Notes: generated by a model from the letters alone, not told the origin. 64,000 nt of DNA from Candidatus Moraniibacteriota bacterium (GCA_041910335.1 JAYRRF010000024.1:18529-82528), one strand, 5' to 3'; shown: positions 38,686 to 48,400, numbered from the stretch's first letter. A program made the numbers and translations.

Positions 38686-40011
38686 ATGACCCAAAAGACA
38701 GCACTTGCATTGTTACGAGCTGGCCACAGTATCTTTCTCACGGGGGAAGCTGGCGCTGGTAAGACACATACTATCAATGAGTATGTGCGTTTTTTGCGTG
38801 AGCACAAAATAGCCTACGCAGTCACTGCTTCGACTGGTATCGCCGCGACTCATATCAGTGGGATGACTATCCATTCATGGAGTGGCATAGGGACAGCGCG
38901 AGAGCTTAGTGAAGCAGAAATCAAAAATATTGCTAAGACGGCACATGTTGCTAAACGAATCAGAAAGGCTAAGGTGCTCATCATTGATGAAATCTCTATG
39001 TTGGACGGCCGCACGCTCTCTTTGGTGGAGACGGTTTGTCGAGTGGTTCGGAAGACGAGCCTGCCTTTCGGAGGAATGCAAGTCATTCTTGTCGGGGATT
39101 TTTTTCAGTTGCCACCAGTGACGGGTCGAGGTGAGGCGCCGCAGTATGCTTTTGAGAGTGAGGCGTGGTCACGCTTGATGCCAGTCATTTGTTATCTCGA
39201 GGAGCAGTATCGCCAGGAGGATGAAGTATACCTACGTCTCCTCAAAGCCATTCGCCACAATACACTTGAAGAAACAGATTATGAGACTTTTCGTGCTCAG
39301 ATGGTTTCAGAGGATGAGGCGCCACTTGGAGTGACGCGACTGTACGCTCACAATATTGATGTGGACAGAGTCAACCAAGAAGAGCTCAGACAACTTCCAG
39401 GAAAAGTGATGGCCTATCAAATGAGAGGAGAAGGAAAAGAACAGCTTGTAGAAGCATTGAAGCGCAATTGTCTTTCCCCAGAACGTCTTGAGCTCAAAGT
39501 AGGTGCACTGGTCATGTTCACGAAGAACAATCAGCTCGATGGCTATGTCAACGGTACGCAAGGAGTGGTGCTTTCATTTCACCCAGACACCAAGCTCCCG
39601 ATTGTGAAAACCAAGAGTGGGAATATCATTGAGGTGGGACCAGCCGAATGGTCACTTTTTGAAGGTGATGAGGAGTTAGCAAGTGTGACCCAGTTGCCTC
39701 TCCGTCTAGCGTGGGCACTCACCATCCATAAGAGTCAAGGGACGAGCCTTGATGCGGCGGTCATTGACCTCTCCAAAGCTTTTGAATATGGGCAAGGTTA
39801 TGTAGCATTGTCACGTGTCCGCACTCTCCGCGGACTACATCTTATCGGCATGAATCAGAAGGCCACAGCTATCCATCCATATATCCGCACAATGGACGAA
39901 GAATTTCGTCAGGCTTCTCATGAAGCCAAACAAAAACACGCTTCTTTGTCAGATGAAGCGCGTCAAGAACTTGAGCACACTTTCCTCCTTTTTGTTGGCG
40001 GAAAGAAGTAG
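38686..40011 (+). CDS. PIF1/RecD-family SF1 DNA helicase
   Basis: Walker A FLTGEAGAGKTH, Walker B LIIDEISML, VGDFFQLPPV motif, C-terminal ALTIHKSQG. Confidence 0.8.
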   Translation: MTQKTALALLRAGHSIFLTGEAGAGKTHTINEYVRFLREHKIAYAVTASTGIAATHISGMTIHSWSGIGTARELSEAEIKNIAKTAHVAKRIRKAKVLIIDEISMLDGRTLSLVETVCRVVRKTSLPFGGMQVILVGDFFQLPPVTGRGEAPQYAFESEAWSRLMPVICYLEEQYRQEDEVYLRLLKAIRHNTLEETDYETFRAQMVSEDEAPLGVTRLYAHNIDVDRVNQEELRQLPGKVMAYQMRGEGKEQLVEALKRNCLSPERLELKVGALVMFTKNNQLDGYVNGTQGVVLSFHPDTKLPIVKTKSGNIIEVGPAEWSLFEGDEELASVTQLPLRLAWALTIHKSQGTSLDAAVIDLSKAFEYGQGYVALSRVRTLRGLHLIGMNQKATAIHPYIRTMDEEFRQASHEAKQKHASLSDEARQELEHTFLLFVGGKK

Positions 40012-40177
40012 TCTGGGTATAACAAAAGCCCTCAATGCGGGCAAGTGGGTCTGGGTCCCTGAAAATAAGCATCGGAAAAAATAATTTTTTCCCTAGAAAT
40101 CTAGGTGGGTCCCAATTAGGAGTAGAAACTCCGTCACGTACCTTTCTGAAGGCTTTCAACTATAGTATAGCACAGGT

Positions 40178-40218
40178 GAAAAGGCGCCCACTTCCATCGA
40201 TGGGAAGGGGCGCCTTTC
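40178..40218. terminator. Bidirectional hairpin terminator between convergent genes
   Basis: AAAGGCGCCC-ACTTCCATCGATGGGAAG-GGGCGCCTTT with a nested inner hairpin. It abuts the stop codon of the minus-strand gene. Confidence 0.65.
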
Positions 40219-40762
40219 AGTTGCAGCGATAGCCCTGCTCGCGGTTGAGGCGATAGTAGGGCATATGGCTTTGGGGGTCGGTATAGAACTCGATGATCGG
40301 AACGCAGTGATTGCGCAGTCGGTCGGCACCAAGATGCCGAATGGAGCGAAAAAATCGATCATGAGCATCCTGAGCCTTGAGCTCTCGTTTGCTTGGGTCA
40401 CTTGATGGCTTGAGCCAGTCTTGACCACCGTCATTGACGAGACGGTCGAAAACAAGTGGCCACTCCTTACGAATTGTTTCATCACGATGTTTCATGATGA
40501 GCCTGAGTCGTTCAGAGTCTTCGCAAATCGGTGAAGCCATGCAGCGCTTGAAATCTTCGAAAGAAGCTGAGAGGCTTGGTGAGCGGCGCATGAATTCGCC
40601 GCTGACCGCCTCGATACTTTCTTCGTAGAGTCCAAGTTTGCTCCAGGGGTTGAGCGCCCGCGGGTTGCCCCCAGCGAGCTGGAAGAGGAAAAGACTGACA
40701 TAGTATACAGCCACTAGTAGCGAGACGCCCCACAGGAGGCGCTTGAGATGATTGTGAGTCAC
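40217..40762 (-). CDS. Membrane-anchored/secreted Cys-containing hypothetical protein, paralog of 20673..21146
   Basis: N-terminal anchor LLWGVSLLVAVYYVSLFLF. Shares KEWPLVFDRLVND and ADRLRNHC blocks with the 20.7-kb copy. High GC. Confidence 0.6.
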   Translation of the reverse strand: MTHNHLKRLLWGVSLLVAVYYVSLFLFQLAGGNPRALNPWSKLGLYEESIEAVSGEFMRRSPSLSASFEDFKRCMASPICEDSERLRLIMKHRDETIRKEWPLVFDRLVNDGGQDWLKPSSDPSKRELKAQDAHDRFFRSIRHLGADRLRNHCVPIIEFYTDPQSHMPYYRLNREQGYRCN

Positions 40763-40815
40763 CGTAGGTCTCCTTTAGACGGAAAAGAACAGATGTCTAG
40801 GATACAAGATGACAA

Positions 40816-41325
40816 ATGAAAAATCAAGAACCGTGGCTTGACGGAAGGATATCTCTAGGTATAGGATGTCTGAGCATACCAAGAGTATGCTTTTGTGTGG
40901 AAGGATATTTGATGTCGAAATCAGTTTCAGTACGAGGTGATCATGCTTCTCGGCGATGCAAAAGGGGGCCAGCAAGTAAGCCTCAGGGCAGGGCGGAAGG
41001 TGTCCCCGAACATGATATCCTTGTTCTGGCACGGGGTACGCCAGCTCGCAGGGTCATTGAGGGCGTATTGTCTGGCGCAACCGCTTCCAAGAGTGGTCAC
41101 AGGGCATCAACCGTCATTCTGATGGAGGCTCGCGGTGAAGAAATTCGCCCAGCGGCCCGCAGGGTATTTCCGATTTCGTTTGCCGATGCTGCGCGTATGC
41201 TCAGTCACGAGAAGAATCTCTCGGGCGGAGCGGATGACTTCGGCTTCTTCGAAATCGTGGATGCCAAGGCGGGTCTAATTCGCCAGGTTCCTTCGGAACA
41301 GGTCGTCGAGCTGGTTCGTGCCTAG
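40816..41325 (+). CDS. Hypothetical protein, high-GC islet
   Basis: ORF in a high-GC segment with no motif. The true start may be the internal ATG at about 40912. Confidence 0.4.
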   Translation: MKNQEPWLDGRISLGIGCLSIPRVCFCVEGYLMSKSVSVRGDHASRRCKRGPASKPQGRAEGVPEHDILVLARGTPARRVIEGVLSGATASKSGHRASTVILMEARGEEIRPAARRVFPISFADAARMLSHEKNLSGGADDFGFFEIVDAKAGLIRQVPSEQVVELVRA

Positions 41326-41410
41326 ATAAGGCACTACCCGATCAGAGACAATGATGATGTGGGGCGGATTCGAGATTCTCGGGTCCGCCTCAAACACTTT
41401 TTATAAAGAA

Positions 41411-41449
41411 TTTTCGTCACTTGACGAAAATAAAAAGACGTGTTAATAT
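41411..41449 (+). promoter_or_regulatory. Consensus-like sigma70 promoter (TTGACG-17-TAATAT) with a 9-bp-arm palindrome (TTTTCGTCA-ct-TGACGAAAA) overlapping the -35
   Basis: -35 at 41421-41426, -10 at 41444-41449. Palindrome at 41411-41430. GAAGGGGA RBS lies before the ATG at 41508. Confidence 0.65.
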
Positions 41450-41507
41450 GTAGGCGCCTGAATTTCTTGGGCAACTGTTTTTGATAGATAGAAGGGGACC
41501 GCATCAA

Positions 41508-41915
41508 ATGAGTCATGGAAAACCGTCCGCGCAGGTCTTGCGGGCACAGACGGTCCGGGTCGCCCTCGACGAAGTCGAGGATGATCGTCAGGAAAGGATG
41601 AGATGGTGGCGGCAGGATGGCAAACATCGTGACGTGCCAGCTCTGCTCAACCACGGATTCCCGTTCGGATTGACCGAAGCGGATCGAGGGCTGATTTTGC
41701 CCAATGAGGTGGAGATGGCACAGGCCACGCTCCGCCAAATGTTGGATCAAGGTCCACGTGAACATTTAGGTGTTCGCTACGAAGATGTTGATATCCACCC
41801 GGAAAGCCGCTTGATCAATCCGGATCATAACCAGGCAAGCCTGTTCCTCTTTTGCGAGCGTGAAGGATGGTACCAGGTTACGTCGGATTCACCTATTTTC
41901 GATCGGGCCGCCTAA
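41508..41915 (+). CDS. Hypothetical protein (135 aa), high GC, with its own strong promoter and terminator
   Basis: RBS and ATG at 41508. The promoter above and a hairpin+T5 terminator at 41955-41991 bracket it. Confidence 0.55.
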   Translation: MSHGKPSAQVLRAQTVRVALDEVEDDRQERMRWWRQDGKHRDVPALLNHGFPFGLTEADRGLILPNEVEMAQATLRQMLDQGPREHLGVRYEDVDIHPESRLINPDHNQASLFLFCEREGWYQVTSDSPIFDRAA

Positions 41916-41954
41916 GGGCGCCTGATTTACCCGATAATACGGGAACAGTAAAGA

Positions 41955-41991
41955 GCGGCAGATCACCGAACCTGGAGATCCGCCGCTTTTT
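41955..41991 (+). terminator. Rho-independent terminator
   Basis: GCGGCAGATC...GAGATCCGCCGC stem followed by TTTTT. Confidence 0.7.
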
Positions 41992-42006
41992 CGCATCCAA
42001 AGAAAA

Positions 42007-42038
42007 GATGACCGAAGGTGCATGGAGCTTCGGTCATC
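42007..42038 (-). terminator. Perfect 11-bp hairpin at the 3' end of the minus-strand gene 42037..42420
   Basis: GATGACCGAAG-gtgcatggag-CTTCGGTCATC. Confidence 0.5.
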
Positions 42039-42420
42039 AGTCGGATGGTGGCGCATCAAGAAAAGGAGTGGAAACAGAAAAGTGTTGGTAGCCAATATTG
42101 TCAGTAAAGGCCAACATACTCTCAATTTCATTCTCTGGTAGATTGCCGACAAGAGCATCTCTTTCAGTGAGCGCCTGGATTATCTCAGCTTCTTCCTTTT
42201 GTTTGTTGCGCATAGCGCGTCGGAGGAGGCCATTATTTCGCTCACTGACTCGACTACGAACAAGGGCAAATGTTTCATTGTAGTGACGGGCATTTATATG
42301 ATGCCAGATATCACGACGATGAGCTGCCCAGGAGAAAGCTCGTCGGAAGTCAACGCCTTTTTCTTCGATGTCATGTATTACTTCATCAGCCATCAGGCTG
42401 ATCATGTCACCCTTTGGCAT
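42037..42420 (-). CDS. Hypothetical protein (127 aa)
   Basis: ATG at 42420 with a GGGAGA RBS. MPKGDMISLMADEVIHDIEEKGVDFRRAF... Confidence 0.45.
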   Translation of the reverse strand: MPKGDMISLMADEVIHDIEEKGVDFRRAFSWAAHRRDIWHHINARHYNETFALVRSRVSERNNGLLRRAMRNKQKEEAEIIQALTERDALVGNLPENEIESMLAFTDNIGYQHFSVSTPFLDAPPSD

Positions 42421-42529
42421 GGGAATTCTCCCGTATGAAGTGGAGGAAAAGGTGCTTATTTTTATTACACACCTAAGGGTATAAAGAGTCAAACTAGCAA
42501 AGAAAGAAAGAGAATGCTTCAATAGAACT

Positions 42530-43807
42530 ATGACCGACAAAGAAAAGCTCTGGGAAGAGCTCATCTCTATCACAGATTTTCAGAACAAAAATACGCTGCC
42601 AGAGTATCCGGGAGTATACTTTTTTCTTGATGACAAAAAAGAAGTGCTCTATGTCGGTAAAGCTACCTCACTTCGTGATCGAGTGAAAAGCTATTTCGTC
42701 CAAGATATGCTGGAGACGCGAGGGCCAAAGATAGAGCTGATGATGCCGAAGATTGGCTTCATTGGGTACCGCAAGACGGATTCGGTTCTCGAGGCACTTC
42801 TCTTGGAGTCAGAATTGATCAAAAGTCTGCAGCCGCCTCACAACACTGATGCCAAAGATGACAAAAGTTATAACCAAGTCGTCATTACCAAGGAACTCTT
42901 TCCGCGCGTACTAGTTGTCCGTAGTCGGGATATCGCTCAAGGGAAATTCAGTGATCCTATCAAGTATTCTTTCGGACCATTCCCTGATGGAGGGAGTCTG
43001 CGAGAAGCGATGAAAATCATTCGTCGTCTTTTCCCATTTCGTGATAAATGTGTGCCCTATGAGTCTCTGACAGATACACAGAAGAAAAAAGCACGAGCTT
43101 GTTTTTCTGCTCAGATTGGGCTCTGTCCGGGGGTGTGTACAGGAGCTGTCACAGCTGCAGAATATCAAGAAGGTCTCAAGCACCTCAAGCTTTTCTTTCA
43201 AGGGAAAAAAGGTAGGCTGGTAAAGACTCTCGAAAAAAAGATGATGACATTTGCTCATGAACTTCGTTTCGAAGAAGCAGGAGAGGTAAAGAAACTCTTA
43301 TTTGGACTGCAGCACATACAAGATATTGCTCTCGTCAGACAAGACATTGGTGAGGGTGAGCGGCACCGCATCGAAGCCTATGATGTGGCTCATCTTCAGG
43401 GGAGTGCTTCGGTCGGAGTGATGACGGTTGTTCAGAAGAGTCGAGTTCAACCGAGTGAATATCGACAATTCAAGCTGCGAGCTAAGCACAATGGCAATGA
43501 TCTTTCGGCTTTGGAGGAAATTTTGCGACGACGCTTCACTCATCCTGAGTGGCCCTTTCCCGAACTGATTGTCATTGATGGAGGCGAGACGCATCGCAGA
43601 CAGGCAGAGAAAATTTTACAAGAAATAGACGTGAGTATCCCTGTGCTATCGGTCGTCAAAGATGAGCGTCATCGTCCGAGAGAGGTGCTGGGTCTTATTG
43701 CACTAGCAGAACGTTTCAAGAAAGAAGCTTTGCTTGCCAACAATGAAGCTCATCGTTTTGCTATCACCTTTCACCGCAAACGTAAGCGTCAGGATTTCCT
43801 CTCGTAA
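42530..43807 (+). CDS. uvrC: Excinuclease ABC subunit C, short form (GIY-YIG + UvrBC-interaction + RNase-H-like endonuclease domains; lacks C-terminal HhH)
   Basis: GIY-YIG: YPGVYFFLDDKKEVLYVGKATSLRDRVKSY. UVR domain: LRFEEAGEVKKLLFGLQHI. Length is 425 aa against about 600 for canonical UvrC. Confidence 0.75.
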   Translation: MTDKEKLWEELISITDFQNKNTLPEYPGVYFFLDDKKEVLYVGKATSLRDRVKSYFVQDMLETRGPKIELMMPKIGFIGYRKTDSVLEALLLESELIKSLQPPHNTDAKDDKSYNQVVITKELFPRVLVVRSRDIAQGKFSDPIKYSFGPFPDGGSLREAMKIIRRLFPFRDKCVPYESLTDTQKKKARACFSAQIGLCPGVCTGAVTAAEYQEGLKHLKLFFQGKKGRLVKTLEKKMMTFAHELRFEEAGEVKKLLFGLQHIQDIALVRQDIGEGERHRIEAYDVAHLQGSASVGVMTVVQKSRVQPSEYRQFKLRAKHNGNDLSALEEILRRRFTHPEWPFPELIVIDGGETHRRQAEKILQEIDVSIPVLSVVKDERHRPREVLGLIALAERFKKEALLANNEAHRFAITFHRKRKRQDFLS

Positions 43808-43911
43808 CGGTAGACAAGGGAGTATTGACAAAGGTGCGCTAGAGGAGTAGACCTATAGAGCAACTTCAAAATGAGGGTATTTCGATGTCAGTTTTGCCAT
43901 ACGAACTTACC

Positions 43912-44424
43912 ATGATTGCTGCCTACATGGGTGCGCGGCGCATCATTGGTTACCAGGGAGAAATGCCTTGGAGTATTGAAACGGAGACGCAGTTTTTTCG
44001 CGAAACGACGCGAGGTTCTATCGTCATTATGGGACGTGTGACGTGGGAGTCTATCCTACGGCGGAATGGTCACCGGCTTCTTGGTCGCACCAATCTTGTT
44101 CTCAGTCGAAATGATCAGGACGGCGGCGGCTATGTTCCAGTTTTTTCGGTCGAAGATGCTCTTCGAGTGGTCGAACAACTTCGGCATGAAAATCAGAAGG
44201 TTTTCGTCATTGGTGGCGAACAGGTCTATAAGGCTTTTCTGCCATACGCCTCTCGACTGCTTATTTCAAGAATCGTGCATCGACGAGGAACTTTGCCTCA
44301 ACATGCTGATGCATTCTTTCCTTGCTTCAACAAGAAGGAGTTCCCGATTCACCGAAGAATTCGTTCCGGACAGGATGGGAGATACAGAATCGTTTTTGAA
44401 GAGCGAAAGCGGGTCAGTCGCTAA
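43912..44424 (+). CDS. folA: Dihydrofolate reductase
   Basis: MIAAYMGARRIIGYQGEMPW...VIMGRVTWESI...VFVIGGEQVYKAFLPYASRLLISRI aligns with the E. coli FolA pattern. Confidence 0.8.
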   Translation: MIAAYMGARRIIGYQGEMPWSIETETQFFRETTRGSIVIMGRVTWESILRRNGHRLLGRTNLVLSRNDQDGGGYVPVFSVEDALRVVEQLRHENQKVFVIGGEQVYKAFLPYASRLLISRIVHRRGTLPQHADAFFPCFNKKEFPIHRRIRSGQDGRYRIVFEERKRVSR

Positions 44425-44451
44425 GTCACCAAAAGTGGAGATATAAGCGAG

Positions 44452-44494
44452 GAGGGGTCTATCGTGCAGTGTCACGGTGGACCCCTCTCTCTTT
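44452..44494 (+). terminator. Hairpin terminator
   Basis: GAGGGGTC-(20 nt)-GACCCCTC followed by TCTCTTT. Confidence 0.5.
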
Positions 44495-44620
44495 ACAGCA
44501 TGTGAAAAATCATGTATCCTGAGAGACATCTTATTTAAGTGAAAAGTAAAAATGCAAAGCTAAAAATGACTTGCCTTTATACTCTTTCCATTTTGATGTT
44601 TTCATTTTGAATTTCAGAAT

Positions 44621-47416
44621 ATGGCAGATAAAAAAACAGTCATTGAAGTGCGAGGCGCACGAGTGAATAACCTGAAGAATATCGATGTTGATATTCCGCG
44701 CGACGCATTGGTGGTCGTCACCGGTCTTTCTGGTTCGGGCAAATCATCACTGGCTTTTGATACTCTTTTTGCGGAAGCGAATCGACGCTATGTCGAGTCG
44801 CTTTCTTCATATGCACGTAATTTTCTTGATGGTTTTGAGAAACCGGATGTAGACACTATTCACAATCTTTCTCCAGCTATCTCTATTGATCAGAAGAGTG
44901 TTTCTCGTAGTCCGCGTTCTACTGTAGGCACGATGACGGAAGTCTATGATTACCTTCGTGTACTCTACGCCAAACTCGGTGAGCCACATTGTCCAAATTG
45001 TAGTGCGAAATTGAGTCGTCGAAGTGTTCGAGAGATTCTTGAGGAGATTCTGTTGTTACCGAATGACACCGCTCTAGTGTTTACTACGGAGAGTTTTGCT
45101 TTGCGTGGCAAGAATGAAAAAGATGCTCTGCAGATGATTCAGACCTGGGGGTATCCTCGAGTGATGAAGGACGGTGAAGTTCTTGGAATTGCTGAAGCAG
45201 CGATGACTGCCAAGGGAGATCAAGAACACCGCTATGAGCTCGTGATTGATCGTATGACACTCAACACGGCTCGTCCTGATAAGGAGCGTATCATCGACAA
45301 CCTTCAGACAGGTTTTCAGTTAGGTCATGGGACGCAAGCGGTAATCATTGGAGAAGACGGTGAGAAGCGTCACTACAATGAAGAATATCGTTGTGACAGT
45401 TGTGATATCTATCTCCCAGAGTTTTCACCGAGCCATTTTTCTTTCAATAATCCAGAAGGGGCTTGTCAGAAGTGTTCGGGTCTTGGCGTGACCCTTGCCT
45501 TTGATCCAGAACTGATTATTCCTAATAAGAATCTTTCTTTTCTTGAAGGAGCTGTACGGCCATGGAGCAAGATGAATAGTGGTCGTGAGAACGGACATGG
45601 GCCTCTCGCTCAGCTTTTGGATGCCTTGAAGCGTCTTCGTATTGGAGCAAGCACTCCAGTCAAAAAACTCTCCAAGAAACAGCTTGATATTATTTTCTTC
45701 GGTGAGGAGAAAGAGGGTGGCTTTGAGGGAATTATTTCTCTTTTGGAGCGTAAGTACAAAGAGACGAAATCAGAACATCTGCGAGGCGATATCGAAGCTT
45801 ACATGCATACGCAGGTATGTGATAGTTGTCAGGGTAAGCGACTCAAGAAGGAGTCTCTCTCAGTGTTGCTTCAGGGGCTGTCAATCGATGATATTGCTTG
45901 TCAAAGTATCGATAAGTTATTGATCACATTACCTACACTGGAAAAGAAGCTTGTCACCAACAAGGAAAACAAGGCATTCGTAGAGCCCCTTTTTCGTGAG
46001 ATGTTCACTCGTTTACGTGCAGTAGAGAAGGTCGGCCTAGGTTACTTGGAGATACGTCGTGGAGCTCACACGCTTTCTGGTGGAGAGGCTCAGCGTATCC
46101 GTCTTTCTGTGCAAATGAAGTCAGGTCTCTCAGGTATCATCTATGTCCTGGACGAACCCTCAGTTGGGCTTCATAGTCGTGATACTGAGAAACTCTTAGG
46201 GGCTCTCGAGGATTTACGTGGTGCCAATAACTCTCTGGTAGTCGTAGAGCATGATGTAGCTATCATGAAACGAGCTGATTATATTATCGATATGGGGCCT
46301 GGAGCAGGGAGTGAGGGAGGCGAAGTCATTTTTGCTGGGACACCTTCTGCACTCCTCAAATCAAAGATGCTCACTGCGGAGTACCTCAATGGTAAACGCA
46401 GCGTCTCCGAGAAGAAGAAGCTTCGCAAGGGGACTGGTAAGAGTCTTTCTATTATCGGTGCGAAAGAACACAATCTTCAGAACGTTGATGTGAGCATTCC
46501 TCTCGGTATGTTGGTCTCAGTAGTAGGAGTGTCTGGATCGGGTAAGTCATCCCTTGTCCACAGTATTCTTTCAAAAGCTCTCTCGAAACACTTCTACCAT
46601 GCCAAGGCAGAGCCAGGCGCTCACAAGAAAATCACCGGCTTAGAGAACATCGATAAAGTCATCACTGTCAATCAAGATCCAATTGGACGAACACCTCGCA
46701 GTAACGCAGCGACCTACACAGGAGTCTTTGGTCTTATTCGCGATGTTTTTGCAGCGACGCCTGATGCAGAGAAAGAGAAATTCAGCGCTAGTCACTTCAG
46801 TTTCAATATGCGTGGTGGACGCTGTGAAGAGTGTCAGGGAGGGGGAATGAAGAAAATAGAGATGTATCTCTTACCCGATGTATATGTACCTTGTGAGTAT
46901 TGCCAGGGCACTCGCTACAACCAGAAAACGCTTTCCATTGAGTACCGAGGGGTAAACATTTCTCAAATTCTCCAAATGACCGTGACAGAAGCGAGAAGAT
47001 TTTTCCTTGATCAACCAATGATTGAGGAGAAGCTCCGCGTGCTTGAAGAGGTGGGCCTTGGCTATCTTGTCTTGGGTCAGAGCGCTACCAATCTCTCCGG
47101 AGGTGAAGCTCAGCGTATCAAGCTCGCTACTGAATTGGCGCGTAAGTCTACTGGAAAGACTCTTTATATTCTCGATGAGCCGACTATCGGACTGCACTTC
47201 GAAGATGTGAGAAGACTCCTTGAAGTATTAGATGTTCTTGTAGACAAGGGGAATAGCGTCTTGGTAGTAGAGCATAATATCGATGTCGTCAAAGCATCAG
47301 ACTGGGTGATAGAGCTTGGGCCAGACGGTGGACAGGCTGGAGGAGAGCTGGTGTTTTCTGGTACACCTACGAAACTGAAGGCTGTTAAGAAAAGCTTCAC
47401 CGCTAAATACCTCTAG
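44621..47416 (+). CDS. uvrA: Excinuclease ABC subunit A (canonical, 931 aa, with insertion domain)
   Basis: [34 protein letters not shown], two LSGGEAQRI signatures, and a full insertion domain of about 110 aa between CQKCSGLG and CDSCQGKRL. Confidence 0.95.
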   Translation: MADKKTVIEVRGARVNNLKNIDVDIPRDALVVVTGLSGSGKSSLAFDTLFAEANRRYVESLSSYARNFLDGFEKPDVDTIHNLSPAISIDQKSVSRSPRSTVGTMTEVYDYLRVLYAKLGEPHCPNCSAKLSRRSVREILEEILLLPNDTALVFTTESFALRGKNEKDALQMIQTWGYPRVMKDGEVLGIAEAAMTAKGDQEHRYELVIDRMTLNTARPDKERIIDNLQTGFQLGHGTQAVIIGEDGEKRHYNEEYRCDSCDIYLPEFSPSHFSFNNPEGACQKCSGLGVTLAFDPELIIPNKNLSFLEGAVRPWSKMNSGRENGHGPLAQLLDALKRLRIGASTPVKKLSKKQLDIIFFGEEKEGGFEGIISLLERKYKETKSEHLRGDIEAYMHTQVCDSCQGKRLKKESLSVLLQGLSIDDIACQSIDKLLITLPTLEKKLVTNKENKAFVEPLFREMFTRLRAVEKVGLGYLEIRRGAHTLSGGEAQRIRLSVQMKSGLSGIIYVLDEPSVGLHSRDTEKLLGALEDLRGANNSLVVVEHDVAIMKRADYIIDMGPGAGSEGGEVIFAGTPSALLKSKMLTAEYLNGKRSVSEKKKLRKGTGKSLSIIGAKEHNLQNVDVSIPLGMLVSVVGVSGSGKSSLVHSILSKALSKHFYHAKAEPGAHKKITGLENIDKVITVNQDPIGRTPRSNAATYTGVFGLIRDVFAATPDAEKEKFSASHFSFNMRGGRCEECQGGGMKKIEMYLLPDVYVPCEYCQGTRYNQKTLSIEYRGVNISQILQMTVTEARRFFLDQPMIEEKLRVLEEVGLGYLVLGQSATNLSGGEAQRIKLATELARKSTGKTLYILDEPTIGLHFEDVRRLLEVLDVLVDKGNSVLVVEHNIDVVKASDWVIELGPDGGQAGGELVFSGTPTKLKAVKKSFTAKYL

Positions 47417-47433
47417 CCAACACAGTCAAAACT

Positions 47434-48351
47434 ATGGTAACGAATTTGTACAAGAATATCATCGCCACTGTTACCTACTACGATGTCTTAGAGTATCCAC
47501 TGACAGCGTATGAGCTTTGGGCATATTTGATCTCATACGATGGGGAAAATTCGACAGACTGCTGTACACTTCGCGATGTGGTACTTGCTCTCGAAACTCC
47601 CGAAATGAAAAAGCAACTTGCCTTTCTTGGAGGATTTATCTTCCTTCCAGGACGCGGCCTTTTGGTGACAGAGAGAATTGCTCGGGAGAAACTCTCAGCA
47701 CATAAACTGAAGGGTATGGAGCAATTGGTACGCATCATTCGTTATCTGCCCTTTGTGCGTATGGTAGGAGCAACCGGAAGTCTCTCACTCAAGCATGGTA
47801 CAAAGGCGAGTGATTGGGACATGCTCGTCGTTTTCGAAGAGGGCCATATCTGGATAGGAAGGTTCATCTTGACCACTTTCTTACATCTCATTGGTAAGCG
47901 ACGTCACGGAGATAAGATAACCAATCGTGCTTGTCTCAATTATTTTATTACGACGAAGCGTCTCGAGATTCTTAATCAAGATCTCTACGCTGCCCATGAG
48001 TATCAAACTATGCGCCTTTTGTATGGTGTTCAAACGCATGAAAAGTTCCTGCAGGCTAATCGCTGGATCAAACGTTATAAACCAAATTATGACGGACAGG
48101 CTCTAAATGAGCGTTTCGTGACTAAGGACACGTTTTTTTCTTTGGGTGTCCAAAAACTCCTCGAACAACTAGTGGGTTGGCTACCTCTCCAGTCAAGATT
48201 GATAGAGTGGCAGAAAGAGAAGATTGCTATGAACCCAAACACCCATCTTCCCGGGAGTTATATTGAAGCGACTGATGAAGCGTTGGTATTCCTACCGAAG
48301 CCACGTGGGCCAAGAGTTTTCGAAGCTTTCAAAAAGAGACTCGTTTTCTGA
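47434..48351 (+). CDS. Hypothetical protein with nucleotidyltransferase-like GS...DxD motif
   Basis: MVGATGSLSLKHGTKASDWDMLVV resembles the Pol-beta-superfamily NTase core. No further assignment. Confidence 0.45.
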   Translation: MVTNLYKNIIATVTYYDVLEYPLTAYELWAYLISYDGENSTDCCTLRDVVLALETPEMKKQLAFLGGFIFLPGRGLLVTERIAREKLSAHKLKGMEQLVRIIRYLPFVRMVGATGSLSLKHGTKASDWDMLVVFEEGHIWIGRFILTTFLHLIGKRRHGDKITNRACLNYFITTKRLEILNQDLYAAHEYQTMRLLYGVQTHEKFLQANRWIKRYKPNYDGQALNERFVTKDTFFSLGVQKLLEQLVGWLPLQSRLIEWQKEKIAMNPNTHLPGSYIEATDEALVFLPKPRGPRVFEAFKKRLVF

Positions 48352-48400
48352 TTTCGTGATACAATAGAAAGTAGAAATACAAAAAAGCAACACCAAAAGT

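Noticed and set aside
41334-41765. ORF 41334..41765 (-), 143 aa
   Set aside because: It is antisense to 41508..41915 (+), which has a consensus promoter, RBS and terminator. Long open frames on the opposite strand are expected in high-GC DNA.
44066-44446. ORF 44066..44446 (+), 126 aa
   Set aside because: Out-of-frame overlap with the well-supported folA gene.
42530-47416. SOS (LexA) box upstream of uvrA/uvrC genes
   Set aside because: No CTGT-N8-ACAG or CGAAC-N4-GTTCG motif was found in the upstream regions on inspection.
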